Shown here: positions 12,600 through 24,929 of the stretch, in pieces
How the letters are laid out: the number at the start of each line of letters is the position of its first letter
Numbering within the stretch: the stretch's first letter is position 1
Source: Octopus vulgaris
Taxonomy: Eukaryota
Reading direction: 5' to 3'
Assembly: GCA_951406725.2 (NCBI GenBank)
Contig: OX597820.1
Location: 19,530,001-19,594,000 of the forward strand
Length of the DNA stretch: 64,000 nucleotides
Made by a program: the position numbers and the translations under genes
The notes under the pieces: model-generated
The model's input: only the letters and a program-made list of their open reading frames with translations
Databases searched by the model: none
Told to the model about the DNA's origin: nothing

Positions 12600-13020
12600 G
12601 CTCTACTCTTTTACTTGTTTCAGTCATTTGATTGTGGCCATGCTGGAGCACCGCCTTTAGTCGAACAAATCGAACCCCAGGACTTATTCTTTGTAAGCCT
12701 AGTGCTTATTCTATCGGTCCCTTTTGCTGAACCGCTAAGTTATGGGGACGTAAGCACACCAGCATCGGTTGTCAAGTGATGTTGTGGGGGACAAACACAG
12801 ACACACAAACATATATATACACACATACATACATACATACATATACACACACATATATACAACGGGCTTCTTTCAGTTTCCGTCTACCAAATCCACTCAC
12901 GAGGCTTTGGTCGGCCCTTGGCTATAGTAGAAGACACTTGCCCAAGGTGCCACACAGTGGGACTAACCCGGAACGATGTGGTTCGTAAGCAAGCTACTTA
13001 CCACACAGCCACTCCTATGC
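12600..13020 (-). mobile_element. SINE family A, full length
   Basis: End-to-end match to the 10303 copy on the reverse strand. Confidence 0.93.
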
Positions 13021-13258
13021 TTATGTATATTTATACATCGTCATCATTTAACGTCTATATTCCATGCTAGCATGTGGATTAGATGGTTTGACAGTATCCA
13101 GGAAGCCACAAGGCTGTGCTGAATTCCTGTGTCATCTTTTGCTTGTTTTATATGGCTTGATGCCCTTCCTAATACCAATCACCTTACAGTGTTTACCAGA
13201 TGCTTTTTCGTGCCACCTGTGCTAGTGATGTTGCAAAGTAAGTTATATATACTATATA

Positions 13259-13632
13259 TCTCTCTCTATATAAACGGCAGTTTGTCTGTGCGTGTTTCTG
13301 TGTGTCTGTTTTCTCGTACCCTCACCCTGACCACGGCTTTCAACCGATTCTGATGAAACTTGACACACACATAGCCCAATGTCATAATTCAAAACTAACG
13401 CAGCGAAAATTTTGAAAAGTTCCCCCAGTTCTGAAAAAAATCGATAAATTCGACATGGGGTCGAGAATGAGAAACCCAAACCACAGACCGTCTAGGGGAC
13501 GCAACTCCACCTGTTTTAACTCTCAAAAAAAATTTACCATCATTTTTTTTCTATTTTTTGGCTATAACTCTCTAAAAATGCTTTATAGTTATTTCCCTTA
13601 CAAACCTGAGCAACGCCGGGCGATACTGCTAG
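13259..13632 (+). mobile_element. Non-autonomous Helitron
   Basis: A|TC start, CCTGAGCAACGCCGGG hairpin and CTAG|T end; the last ~110 bp are nearly identical to the 4878 element. Confidence 0.85.
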
Positions 13633-13644
13633 TATGTATATAAA

Positions 13645-13852
13645 GTTAATTGAAACAAGAAAACACAAAAAAACACAACAACGCGAGGACGTGGAACAAA
13701 TATAGTATTATTGGATGCTCAGGAAAGAAGGGAAGAAGGAGGGTTTAACGTTTCGCGTGGAGCTCTTCGTCGGAAACATAGGAGAAGGAAAGATCCCGAG
13801 AAGGGAAGACAGAGGAAAAAAAATCGCCAACGGTATCCACGAGGTCACATTT
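13645..13852 (-). mobile_element. Penelope-like terminal-repeat element with a hammerhead-like core at 13743-13777
   Basis: Minus strand GTTT-CCGACGA-A-GAGCTCCACGC-GAAA-CG-TT-AAAC; near-identical to the 18445 element and ends at (TA)n. Confidence 0.65.
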
Positions 13853-14349
13853 TGTATATATATATATATATATATACAAACCTTCCTTGAGTAATCAAAA
13901 TCCAACCGCACAAACCCTGCTCACATGGATAGAGTAGCCAAGGGTAGTTTTGCTACCTGGCCGGCTCCATTCAACCATCCTACCCATACATGCATGGAAG
14001 ATAGATTTTAAACAACAATGATGATGATATATATATATATATATACACACACACACGTGTGTGTATGCTATTGTGAGTATGAACAAAAATTCAGCATTCA
14101 CATGCAATTTAACTGGGTTGAACAGGGTAGTTAAATTGTATCTATCTTACTTTATATTATAGCAGAAAAGGTACTGAATTGGCAGACTTATTAGAGTGTT
14201 GGTTAGATTTCCTTGTAACATTTGTTCTGACTCTGCTCTGAGTTCAGATCCCACCAAGGTCAACCTCTTGAATTTATCTCTTTTTAAAAGTCGTCCGTTT
14301 GACATTTCCATACTCAAATGCTAAGTTACCACAACAGCAGCATTGATTG

Positions 14350-14384
<35 letters not shown>

Positions 14385-15212
14385 TATACTAACTTAGTTT
14401 TTTTTTTGCTTTTGTATTCTTTACTAATTTCAGTCATTAAACTGTGGCCATGCTAGAGCACCACTTTGAAGGGTTTTAGTCAATTTATCAAATGCTAAAC
14501 TTAGAGATATTTACTGATTAATGTGGCCAACACACACACACACACAAATATATATATATGGCTTCTTTACAGTTTCCATCTACTAAATTCACGCACAAAG
14601 CTTCAGCTGGCCTGCTACTAGAATAGAAAACAGTTTGGCCAAGAATGCCACAATGTGGAACTGAACTCCAAGCCATGAGATTGCCCAGTAAAAATCAATA
14701 TTCAGTAATTTTAAAATTTATTCCTTCTCTGTTACATTTCATTTCAAAATTTCAGTTTAGAATTTTTACATCTGGTACCTCAAAAAAAAAAAAAAAAAAA
14801 AATTGTCTGTGTAAATCTTAAAAACAACTTTTCGAAGATCGCATTTCATTGTGGTGGGGACGGAAATGAAACACAGAGACCTTCAGTGTTGCAGTGTAAA
14901 TAGATTTAGTTTCATCATTACATAGCATTGTAATGTGTTGTACGCAGCAATTGTGTGCCCTACTTAACTGTTCTGTTACACCTCTTAGTAAAAGTTTTTA
15001 GCTATGATTCATTCATTAGGAGTGTTGTTTTTTTTGTGTGTGTTTGCTTGATTTTTTTTATTATTATTATCTACATGCTTGAACAACTATCTATCTATCT
15101 ATCTATATACAATTTAAAAATAGGATAAAATCATTATAAAAAAATTATCAAGTAGTTAGTGTGAAAAACTTGATAAAGGAAAAATTTATTTATTTTTCCC
15201 TTTAAATATATT

Positions 15213-15390
15213 TATTTATATTAAGGGCATTACTATACATAAATGCCTCACGCTAGGAGAGATTCTTAAAGTCTACCATAATAAAAGTCAAAACTACCAT
15301 GATACAATGTGTTTATTACGGTAGTTTTGACTTTTAAGAGTCCCTCCTAGCATGAGGCATTTATGTATAGTAATGCCCTTAATATAAATA
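15213..15390. repeat. Long near-perfect inverted repeat (hairpin)
   Basis: Outer arms TATTTATATTAAGGGCATTACTATACATAAATGCCTCA.GCTAGGAG and its reverse complement; inner arms AAAAGTCAAAACTACC/GGTAGTTTTGACTTTT. Confidence 0.92.
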
Positions 15391-15400
15391 TCTATCTATC

Positions 15401-15432
<32 letters not shown>

Positions 15433-16056
15433 TACAAATACACATGTACATATATATATACATATACAAATACACTTGTATATACATACAAATACACACA
15501 CACACACGCATGCATATACTTACATATGCACTTACACATGTACACATACCTATAGATACACACACAAAAGTATAAAACTCCTTCCCCAAGTCATTTAGAC
15601 TCATAGGGCTGGTCCCAGTTTCTGTGACATGCACAGTCCTCAGCTGGGTGGTACACCGGTCCATCTTGCAATGGGAGATGAAGTGTTTTGGTCAAGAACA
15701 CATGTCAACCAATCCAGAAATCAAAACCACAATCTTATTGTCATGAATGTAACAACCTAACCGAAAAGCCCCCATTACACACACACACACACACATACAT
15801 CTGGTGGCAAGCTGGCGTAATTGTTAGCATGCCATGTGGAGGGCTTGGCGAGATTTTATCCATCACTACATTCCAAATTCCACTGAGGTCAGTTTTGTCT
15901 TTATTCCTCTTGGGTCAATGAGATAAGTAACAGTTGAATACTGGGGGGGGGGGTCAATGTCATCGACTTAAGTGTGGTAGGCTCATCAAACAAGTAGGGT
16001 CTCAAGCTCAAATTCACAGCCTGTACATCAGACTGTGGTTGATGGAGAGGGCATGC

Positions 16057-16310
16057 TGTCTGTTCAAATGTACTGCAGGTGCTTCATTTTGTTTCCATGT
16101 AGAAAAAACACTTTGTCCTAGTTACAGTTCCTTGGATACCAGGGTTTAAAGCTAATTGGCAACAGGATTGATGCTCTCTGTGATTCATATATTCACAATC
16201 CATGCGAGGATCTATTTAACACATATATGTTTGTTAGCTATCTTATCATATTGTACTGCCCACTTTTTGTTCTCTATACCTACCATCACTTCTTAGACTT
16301 AGATCCCTGA
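16057..16310. repeat. Unclassified ~254-bp dispersed repeat, copy 1, abutting (TA)n
   Basis: Colinear, highly similar copy at 23566-23819. Confidence 0.85.
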
Positions 16311-16353
<43 letters not shown>

Positions 16354-16355
<2 letters not shown>

Positions 16356-16532
16356 GTGGCATGTAAAAAGCACCCACTATACTCATGGAGTGGTTGGCGT
16401 TAGGAAGGGCATCCAGCTGTAGAAACACTGCCAGATCAGACTGGGCCTGGTGCAGCCTTCTGGATTCCCAGACCCCCAGTTGAGCCGTCCAACCCATGCT
16501 AGCATGGAAAGCAGATGTTAAACGATGATGAT
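16354..16532 (+). mobile_element. SINE-like family C
   Basis: Family C motif and (GAT)n tail. Confidence 0.88.
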
Positions 16533-16727
16533 GTGTGTGTGTGTGTGTGTCCTGCAGTGAACTGAACATAGGCAATCCAAATCTGTTTATATATGTGTGT
16601 GTGCACACACACATATCATTGTTTAATGTCCACTTTCCATATATCTCTACAGAGATATATATATACACATATATGCACACACACACACACACACACACAG
16701 ACATATATATATAATAAACACATGTGT

Positions 16728-16912
16728 CGGTGGCACGTAAAAAGCACCCACTACACTCATGGAGTGGTTGGCGTTAGGAAAGGTTTCCAGCTGTAGAAAC
16801 ACTGCCAGATCAAACTGGGGCCTGGTGCATCCTCCTGGCTTCCCAGACCCCAGTTGAACCATCCAACCCACGCTAGCATGGAAAATGGACATTAAACGAT
16901 GATGATGATGAT
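16728..16912 (+). mobile_element. SINE-like family C
   Basis: Family C motif and (GAT)n tail. Confidence 0.88.
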
Positions 16913-17497
16913 GTATATATAATATAATGTATATATTTGTAAATTAGGCCAAGAAAATCAACTTTTATCATCACTCTATGTGTTGTTTTCGTTGTTGTTA
17001 ATAACCTTGAGTTTTTTTCCTTTCCATAACTGCATTGCTTTAGTGATACGCTCCAAAACAAACTCTTAACTAGTTAAAAATGTTTATATTATTTTTAGAA
17101 GCAGCGAATTCTTAACATAAATGAACTTGGGAGGAGGAGGAGGGGGTGTGGGTGTGGGGCGGAGTAGTCAGTTAAGAAGAAAGTTATTTGATATTTTTAA
17201 AATTTAACTTCATATACAGAAATTTGCTCCTGTTGTTGTATCTTACTTCCTTGTGATATATTTAAATGTTGGTCTTCCTCTTCTTTTCTCTCTGTCTCTC
17301 GTTCTTTTTCTGTGAAGAGTTGTCTTGAAGTGTTGCATATGTCTTCTCTTGCACATATCACCGTTAGTATACCTTACTTCTGCAGCTTACTGATCCGACT
17401 GTTGCTGTTGCTGTGCTCGTAGATGGTTTACCTATATATATATGCTATAATTAGGTGGGGGGGGGGCTGTTATGTAGAAAACTAAACCAGCTTGCTA

Positions 17498-17790
17498 TAG
17501 GCGTGGCTGCGTGTGGCAAGAAGTTTGCTTCTTATCCGCATGGTTCCGGGTTCAGTCCCATCCTGCATGGCTACCTGGGTAAGTGTCTTCTGCTATATCC
17601 TCGGGCTGACCAAAGCCTTGTGAGTGGATTTGGTACATGGAAACTTTAAGAAGCCTGTTGTATGTGTATGTTTGTGTGTTTGTGTGTGTGTGTGTGTGTG
17701 TACGTCTGTGTTTGTTCCTGTAACTTAGCAGTTTGGCAAAAGAGACTAGGCTTAATAAAAAAAAAAGCGCTGGGGTTGGTTTGTGCAACT
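17498..17790 (+). mobile_element. SINE family A
   Basis: tRNA head, core and internal (TG)n. Confidence 0.8.
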
Positions 17791-17805
17791 AAATTTCTTC
17801 AATGG

Positions 17806-17853
<48 letters not shown>

Positions 17854-18169
17854 TCTTTCCATTTATTTTCTATATGTTTCAGGCATCAAATAGCAGCCAT
17901 GCCAAACAAATCAACCCCTCAGTACTTATCATTTTTAAAGTCTGGTTCATATACTATCAATATCTTTTGCTGAACCGCTAAGTTAGGTAAACAAGCCAAC
18001 ACCAGTTGTCCATCAGTTGGGAGAACAAACACAGAGACGTCTACCAAATTCACCAGGCATTGGTCAACCCAAGGCTATTAGTGGCAATCACCCACAGTGC
18101 TGCCCATTGGGACTGAACCCCAAAACTGCATAGTTACAAAAAAAGCTTCTTGACTACATACATTTGATA

Positions 18170-18350
18170 TGATAGATTGGTAGCCACTACTCACATTTTT
18201 TTTCTCTCCTTGTTTCTTTCTGTGTCCCTTTCTGTAGAAGAGCGTAGGCTCGAAACGTAAAAGACTTTTTCAATTCCTGAGCATTATACTAATACATCCG
18301 TTTGTTTTGTACACCACCTGTCTTCGTCTTTTGCTTTTTTCGTGAATTTT
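18170..18350 (+). mobile_element. Penelope-like terminal-repeat family F with a hammerhead-like core at 18228-18263
   Basis: CTTT-CTGTAGA-A-GAGC gtag GCTC-GAAA-CG-TA-AAAG; homologs at 45128, 48649 and 50785. Confidence 0.65.
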
Positions 18351-18374
18351 TTCTCTCTCTCTCTCTCTCTCTAC

Positions 18375-18416
<42 letters not shown>

Positions 18417-18444
18417 TTCTACCTTACTACTTCCGTCTTTCAGT

Positions 18445-18654
18445 ATGTGACCTCGTGAGTACCACCGGCGATTTTTTTTTATTTTTCCCTCTGTCTTCCC
18501 TTCTCGGTATCTTTCCTTCTCCTATGTTTCCGATGAAGAGCTCCGCTTGAAACGTTAAACCCTCCTCCTTCCCTTCTTTCCTGAGCGTCCAATAATACTT
18601 TATTTGTTCCACGTGCTTGCGTTGTTGTGTTTTTTTGTTTTCTTGTTTGGATTA

Positions 18655-18660
<6 letters not shown>
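18445..18660 (+). mobile_element. Penelope-like terminal-repeat element with a hammerhead-like core at 18526-18560
   Basis: GTTT-CCGATGA-A-GAGC tcc GCTT-GAAA-CG-TT-AAAC; runs into (TA)n. Confidence 0.65.
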
Positions 18661-18694
<34 letters not shown>

Positions 18695-18697
<3 letters not shown>

Positions 18698-18904
18698 TAA
18701 TCCCTGAACTATGTTACATTCCAAAAACCCCTACGATAAGTGAAAATCCACAAAGTTGAAACAGTGCTGTACTGTATATTTTTTAAAAATTCCTTTTATA
18801 ATTTGTATATTTTTATTTTATTATAAATGCAAAACAACACCACGGAGGAATCGATGTAAACTTAAATCGTGATAGGTGAACCATGATATGGCAAGGGATT
18901 ACTG
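18695..18904. mobile_element. Tc1/mariner (pogo/Tigger-like) MITE
   Basis: TA-CAGTAATCCCT...AGGGATTACTG-TA; a related end fragment lies near 10899-10935. Confidence 0.85.
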
Positions 18905-19486
18905 TATATCATCATTGTTATTTAATGCTTGTTTTCCATGATGGCATGGGTTGGACAGTTTGACCAGAGCTGCACCAGGTTCCAGTTTGATTTGTCTCGG
19001 TTTCTCTGGCTGGATGCCCTTCCTAATGCCAACAACTTTACAGCATGTGCTGGGTGCTTTTTATGTGGCCTGGTACAGGTGTTTTTCACAGGGGACGGGC
19101 ACCAGTAATTTAACGTAACTCTCTTAAGGTTAGGGTTTAATAAAAGCCACCTGCTTCAAGATACAACGGTGTGGGATTGAACCCCAAAATCACATGCTTG
19201 ACATGTGAACATGTCCATACTTGTACCTATGTGTGTGTGAGTGGGTATGATCATCATTTTAGTATCGACTTTTCTGTGCTTCCATGGTGGTCAGATGCGT
19301 TTCTTGTTCCCAACCCTTGCTTGTTTCCAAATAAGGCAATATTTCCCCATGATAAAACATGTTCTCATAGAATATTGGAAAATGACACCGCTTGTATGAC
19401 AGTGACATTCATTTACAACTATCACATGATGTGAAGACAAAATACAAACATACACACACTCACACAATGAGCTTCTTTCAGTTTCT

Positions 19487-19716
19487 TATTTCTTTATTGC
19501 TCACAAGGGGCTAAACATAAAGGGCACAAATAAGGACAAACAAATGGATTAAGTTGATTACATCGACCCCAGTGCGTAACTGGTACTTATTTAATCGACC
19601 CCGAAAGGATGAAAGCAAAGTTGACCTCGGCGGAATTTGAACTCAGAACGTAACGGCAGATGAAATACCACTAAGCATTTCGCCCGGCATGCTAACATTT
19701 CTGCCAGCTCGCCGCC
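19487..19716 (-). mobile_element. SINE family B, full length, nested in a family A SINE (19465-19873, minus strand)
   Basis: 11-bp TSD TTTCAGTTTCT at 19476-19486 and 19717-19727. Confidence 0.92.
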
Positions 19717-21404
19717 TTTCAGTTTCTGTTTATCAAATCCACTCACAAGGCTTTGGTTTGCCTGGTTCTATAGCAGAAGACATTTGCCCAAGGTGCCATG
19801 CAGTGGGGCTGAACCTGAAACCATATGGTTGATTGGGAAGCAACTGTCTTAACCACACAGCCACACCTGTGCCGTGTATATGTATGTGTGAGAGCGAGAT
19901 TGGTTATTGCTTATAATATTCTCTTCCATTACTGCATTTCATAATTTACACATACACTCAGTGCTAGTTTCCTTATATTTTGCTGTATATTTATATATTA
20001 CAACATACTACCTACTTCACCTACTGTATGTATGTCAACATACACACTATGAAAACTTGCTGCACTAAACATATTACATATGTTTTGAGGTATGAGCTAA
20101 TGAGCACACTGCGTGTGTGTGTGTATAAGATAGAAGGGGGGTGTTTGTGTGTTTGTGTGTGCAATCTTCTAGAAATCTACATTACAGTAATTTTATGACC
20201 CATGACATATTAAATATAATTTACTAAACAGTATTATTATTTTCTTGTAAGTTTATATTACTCTCTGTATACACAATACAGTTGAAAAACTGGATTGCGT
20301 TTTTTTGTAGGTGAGAAAGCAGTGTCCCGAGAGGGGCATAAGACAAACTTTCTTGATATTGTCTGCTGTTATGCACACGTGTGTGTGTATGTGTGTCTGT
20401 GTGTGTGTGTGCATTTGTAATACTATGAAGCTTATTGTACAAAAAGCCTCTTGAGCCAATCACCATAACTGTTGCAGATTCCGACTGATTCAACGTTTTC
20501 GACTGATTATCGGCTGTAGTCTTGGGACTGAAATTCTTTCACAATAATCTCAAGCTGGAAAGAGAAATTTTGGAAGATTTTTTTTCTCGGTTTTTTTTTT
20601 TTTTTCCATTTTTTTTTTCATTTTCTTTTCTAACAAGAATATCCTTTCCAAGTTTTGTTAACTTACTCCCTCCTCCCTCCCTCCTACCAACCTCTTTTTT
20701 CTCAATTTTGACTGGATGTCTTTTATTACTCCATTTTATTGGCAATACTATAAAAAAACCAAACCTATCACCCTGGAATAGTAGATGGAAGAATCAATGG
20801 AAATAAAACCAGGAGGGAGGGAAAAAAATAAAAATAAAAAAAAAAAGATGTTTTTAAAAAAATTCCGTGCATACTAATTTAAAAGTTACTATCCGATTTT
20901 TTTAAATATTTTGTTATTTTTGTTCGTTTTGATTTATCTTTTCTGCCAGTTGATCCCTAAATTATCCACTTAGCAGCTTAATGCTCCACCACAAAAAAAT
21001 GTCATCATAGTTCTTCGTGGCGCTGGTGATGCTGCTGCTAATACTGATGGGTTAGTAATCAATACAGTTATAGCTTTCTGACCGTTTTTTCGGTTTTTTT
21101 TTCGTTTTTCATTTTCTCCTTTTAATATATATTATTCCTCCCCAGTTAGCTAACTTGCTGCAAGGATATTGACAAACCAATCAAAACAGCTTTAGTATAC
21201 ACCCATAGAGATGAGTAGTTAGAGCTAGAAAGAGAAGGAAAGAGCCATTGCTTTTTTTGACTGCAGGCATTTGACTAGTGGTTAGTTCACAGTGCCTATA
21301 TATATATATATATATATATATAGTCGTGTGTGTGTTAGTTTAGTGTTTATTTTGTAGAGAACGATATAACTTAACTGCAAAGTGGACAGCAAAAAGGATA
21401 AAAT

Positions 21405-21970
21405 GTTAAGAAGCTTGCTTCCCAACCACATGGCTCCAGGTTCAGTCCCACTGCATGACATCTTGGACAAACGTCTTCTATATCCTCGGGCCGACCAAAA
21501 ACTTGTGAGTGGATTTGATAGACAGAAACTTAAAGAAGCTTGTCGTATATATATATATATAGTTCCCAAACAACACTTATCTTAGTGCTGTTGACACTGC
21601 TGGATTGAATGGTAGTGCTCAGGTGTTGAAACTATAATGATATCCATGAGGCAGCTGATGATGGGGCTATGTTGGATTGTTGGTATGGCTGTTTTTGTGT
21701 ATGTGGAATGGGTACTGTAACACATCCTTTTGATATATATATATATATATATATAATCTCTGTATTTGTCTCACCACCACCACCACCACCACTTCTTGAC
21801 ATTTGGTGCTGGTGTGTTCGCATCCCAGTAACTTAGCAGTTCAGCAAAAGAGACTGATAGAATAAGTACCAGGTTTTAAAATATAAGTACTGGGGTTGAA
21901 TCATTTGACTAAAAATGCAAGGCGGTGCCCCAGCATGGCCGTAGTCTAATGACTGAAACAATTAGATGAA
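21405..21970 (+). mobile_element. SINE family A, interrupted
   Basis: 5' part at 21405-21547 and 3' part at ~21760-21970, separated by TA runs and an unrelated insert. Confidence 0.8.
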
Positions 21971-22149
21971 AATAAATAAACTGAAAGAAAAATTAAATGG
22001 CAGCATTGTTAGAGCTCTAGAGAAAATGCCTTGAGCTGTTTCTGCCAATGCCTTGCATTCTGAGTTCAAATCCTGTTGTGGTCAACTGTACCATACCTTC
22101 TTTCCAGGTTGATAAAAATATAATTTGTTTCTCGGGCATCCAGTTCTCA

Positions 22150-22399
22150 TCAGTGTACTGTGCAACCTCCTAAGTGTCTTAAAGCATTTTACAGAACCAG
22201 TTCCTTCCCTCACACCTCTGAACTTGGGAATTCCCTTCCACAGTCTTGTTCTTCCTCTTCAATACGGCCTCCGGTCTTTTAAGTCTTTTAATATACATTG
22301 TCACCTATTGACTTCTGTCCAGCGTCCATTTTATTCTAGTAGCTCTTATGTTTTCAGTGGTCTAAGGACCTTGTAAAGAGTAAATGCTTAGAAAAAAAA
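22150..22399 (+). mobile_element. Decayed 3' end of a CR1/Jockey-group LINE with an A-rich tail
   Basis: Translation YRTSSFPHTSELGNSLPQS...YGLRSFKS resembles the SFFPRT..LWNSLP...Y.L..FK C-terminal motif. Confidence 0.55.
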
Positions 22400-22854
22400 G
22401 AATGTTGGGCTCTGGTCTACTGATTGATCTAATCTTTCTGGATGATGGAGACGTGATAAGACTCTACCTCAAAAGACCCCATCCCCCACCCCAATTTTTT
22501 AACAGGTTGATTAGGTTAAGTTTTATTTGTGGAATACTGTTTTGAATAATTTGCTGCTGAAAGTGGTCTACATTTGTGGTGATGAGTGGGGACGGTGCTA
22601 GGAATGTGACTTGAGGGGGGGGCAGCCCGAAAAAAGTTTGGGAACCACTGCACTAACCCATACTTCCTCTACCCATCAGATTCCAGGCTTTGTTCCTATT
22701 GCTAAAAGCATTATTGTTATTATCATCATATTTCTCAGACTCATTGTATATCAATATCTTTTGACCAGGGGTGGGTCACAACTAATGACCATAACTCCTG
22801 TCAACTTTCTCTCTCCAGTTCTATTGACATAACTCTTCTCAAAATCAAAATTAT

Positions 22855-23195
22855 TATTATTGAGTGAGAGAGCAGTGCATGCCATCAAAGTGACTCTGGA
22901 GTAAAATATATGAAGCCCAGTATACCCATCATGACTACTCATCTGATAAGAGTACATCAGGCACATGCATCACAACCATATATGCACGGCATGGTGATCT
23001 CATATCAAGATAAACAGCACATGACCTTGCAGGTGGGGCCCAAGTTAGAATTTTCTTCTGGTCGAGTAGCCCATTCCACTCAAAACGTCCCTGAATAAGG
23101 ATTGTTTTAGGATGTTGAACGAAACACCCATGTTTCCAAAGGTGAATTTTCTAAACCCCAAGGAATTCCTCTCAATACATGGCTATGATGCTCAT
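22855..23195 (-). mobile_element. Unclassified interspersed repeat ending in (AAT)n
   Basis: GC-richer block bounded by ATT repeats. It is single-copy in this window, so the classification is weak. Confidence 0.35.
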
Positions 23196-23565
23196 TATTG
23201 TTGTTGTATTCTTTTAACTCGGATTTTGTCAGAACTTCTGGGGTCTTGCGTGGGTAATGGGCTTGCTACCTGCAGCCTGCAGTGCCATCCAGTTTGTTCT
23301 TTTCAACTATCTAATATTTTCCTGAGGATTCTCACCTTGCCATGGATGCAAACTTTTTCAAACAGCACCTACCGAACACTCTATATCCATTTTCTTTGCT
23401 CGACTAAAGGCGGTGCTCCAGCATGGCCACAGTCAAATGACTGAAACAAGTAAACGAGTAAAAGAGTAAAGAGAGAGTTATGTAGGTAGGATTTAGTATT
23501 TCCGTTTTTATCAGTGGAAGATAAAAGGCTGATGGGATAAGGTATCAAACTACTTATTGAAGGAT

Positions 23566-23819
23566 TGTCAGTTCAAACGTACTGCAGGTGCTTCATTTTG
23601 TTTCTCTGTAGAAAAAACACTTTGTCCTATTTACAGTTCCTTGGATGCCAGGGTTTAAAGCTAATTGGCAATAGGATTGACGCTCTCTGTGGTCCATATA
23701 TTCACAATCCATGCGAGGTTCTGTTTAACACATATATGTTTCTTAGCTAGCTTATCATATTGTACTGTCCACTTTTTGTTCTCTATACCTACCATCACTT
23801 CTTACACTTAGATCCCTGA
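23566..23819. repeat. Unclassified ~254-bp dispersed repeat, copy 2, abutting (TA)n
   Basis: Matches 16057-16310. Confidence 0.85.
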
Positions 23820-23987
23820 GTCTATATATATATATATATTTAAATAACGAAGGTGATAAATTGAAAATTTAATTAATATCAATTTAATACCAGTAGCCTA
23901 GCATATATAAAAAATCTGGAAAAAAAATCAGAAAAAATTGCAATACATGTGTATATTTAGGGATATATGTGTGTGTGTGTGTGTGTG

Positions 23988-24374
23988 TCGTCGTGGCACT
24001 CCGTCAGTTACAATGATGAGGGTTCCAGTTGATCCAATCAATGGAGCAGCCTGCTCGTGAAATTACCATGCAAGTGGCTGAGCACTCCACAGACACGTGT
24101 ACCCTTAATGTAGTTCTTGGGGAGATTCAGTGTGATACAGAGTGTGACAAAGCTGGCCCTTTGAAATACATGTACAACAGAAACATGAAGAAAGAATGAG
24201 AGAAAGTTGTAGTGAAAGAGTACAGCAGGGTTCACCACCACTCCCTGCCAGAGCCTCTTGGAGCTTTAGGTGTTTGCACTCAATAAACACTCACACTGCC
24301 CGGTCTGGGAATTGAAACTGCGATCCTTTGACCACAGGTCCACTACTCAAACCATTGGGCCATTGTGTCTCCAC
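23988..24374 (-). mobile_element. tRNA-derived SINE, separate family
   Basis: Minus strand starts GTGGAGACACAATGGCCCAATGG (A box), then GTTTCAATTCCCAGACC (B box), and ends in a short (GAC)n/(CA)n tail. Confidence 0.7.
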
Positions 24375-24929
24375 GTGTGTGTATATACTGCTAGATTCGC
24401 ATTGACCATTGAGTTCTGCTATTTTTTTTTAATTCTAAGTTGTGTGATTTTTAAGACATTTGGTTACTGTTTCTAGCAGCTGAGCCACCACGTAGTGGTT
24501 CCTTTGTTTGCTGACACATATAACCTGTTAAAACTAACCCACATTTGCTTCTCTATCATGAAAACAACCTGGTTTACAGCAAAGTGAATTTTATCAAGAT
24601 GTTAGTAAGTTATACTTTTCTATAAACTGGGCAGCCAGGGAATATTGTATTCCTAATGGCTGTAAAAGATTGAGACCGAATTCTTAACAAGTATTTACCC
24701 AGTGAGGTGGTGGAATAACTGTCAAATGGTGATGGAGATGGCAGTGGTAATGGTGGTGGTGGTGGTGGAGGTAGTGGTTGTCTGCTTGGGAACAGAGTGT
24801 GCTCACTACTTAATAAAACTGACATATATCTCAGGGTAAAATCCAGAATGGGATGGAAAACAGAAATGGTATGTGCTGGCAATGGTTGGTTTATTAGTGT
24901 TTTAGAAGAGTTCAGACTTGGTAATATTA

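Noticed and set aside
22625-22650. hAT-type MITE end (GGGAACCACTG; similar at ~30222, 32780, 49412)
   Set aside because: No matching second TIR or 8-bp TSD could be established.
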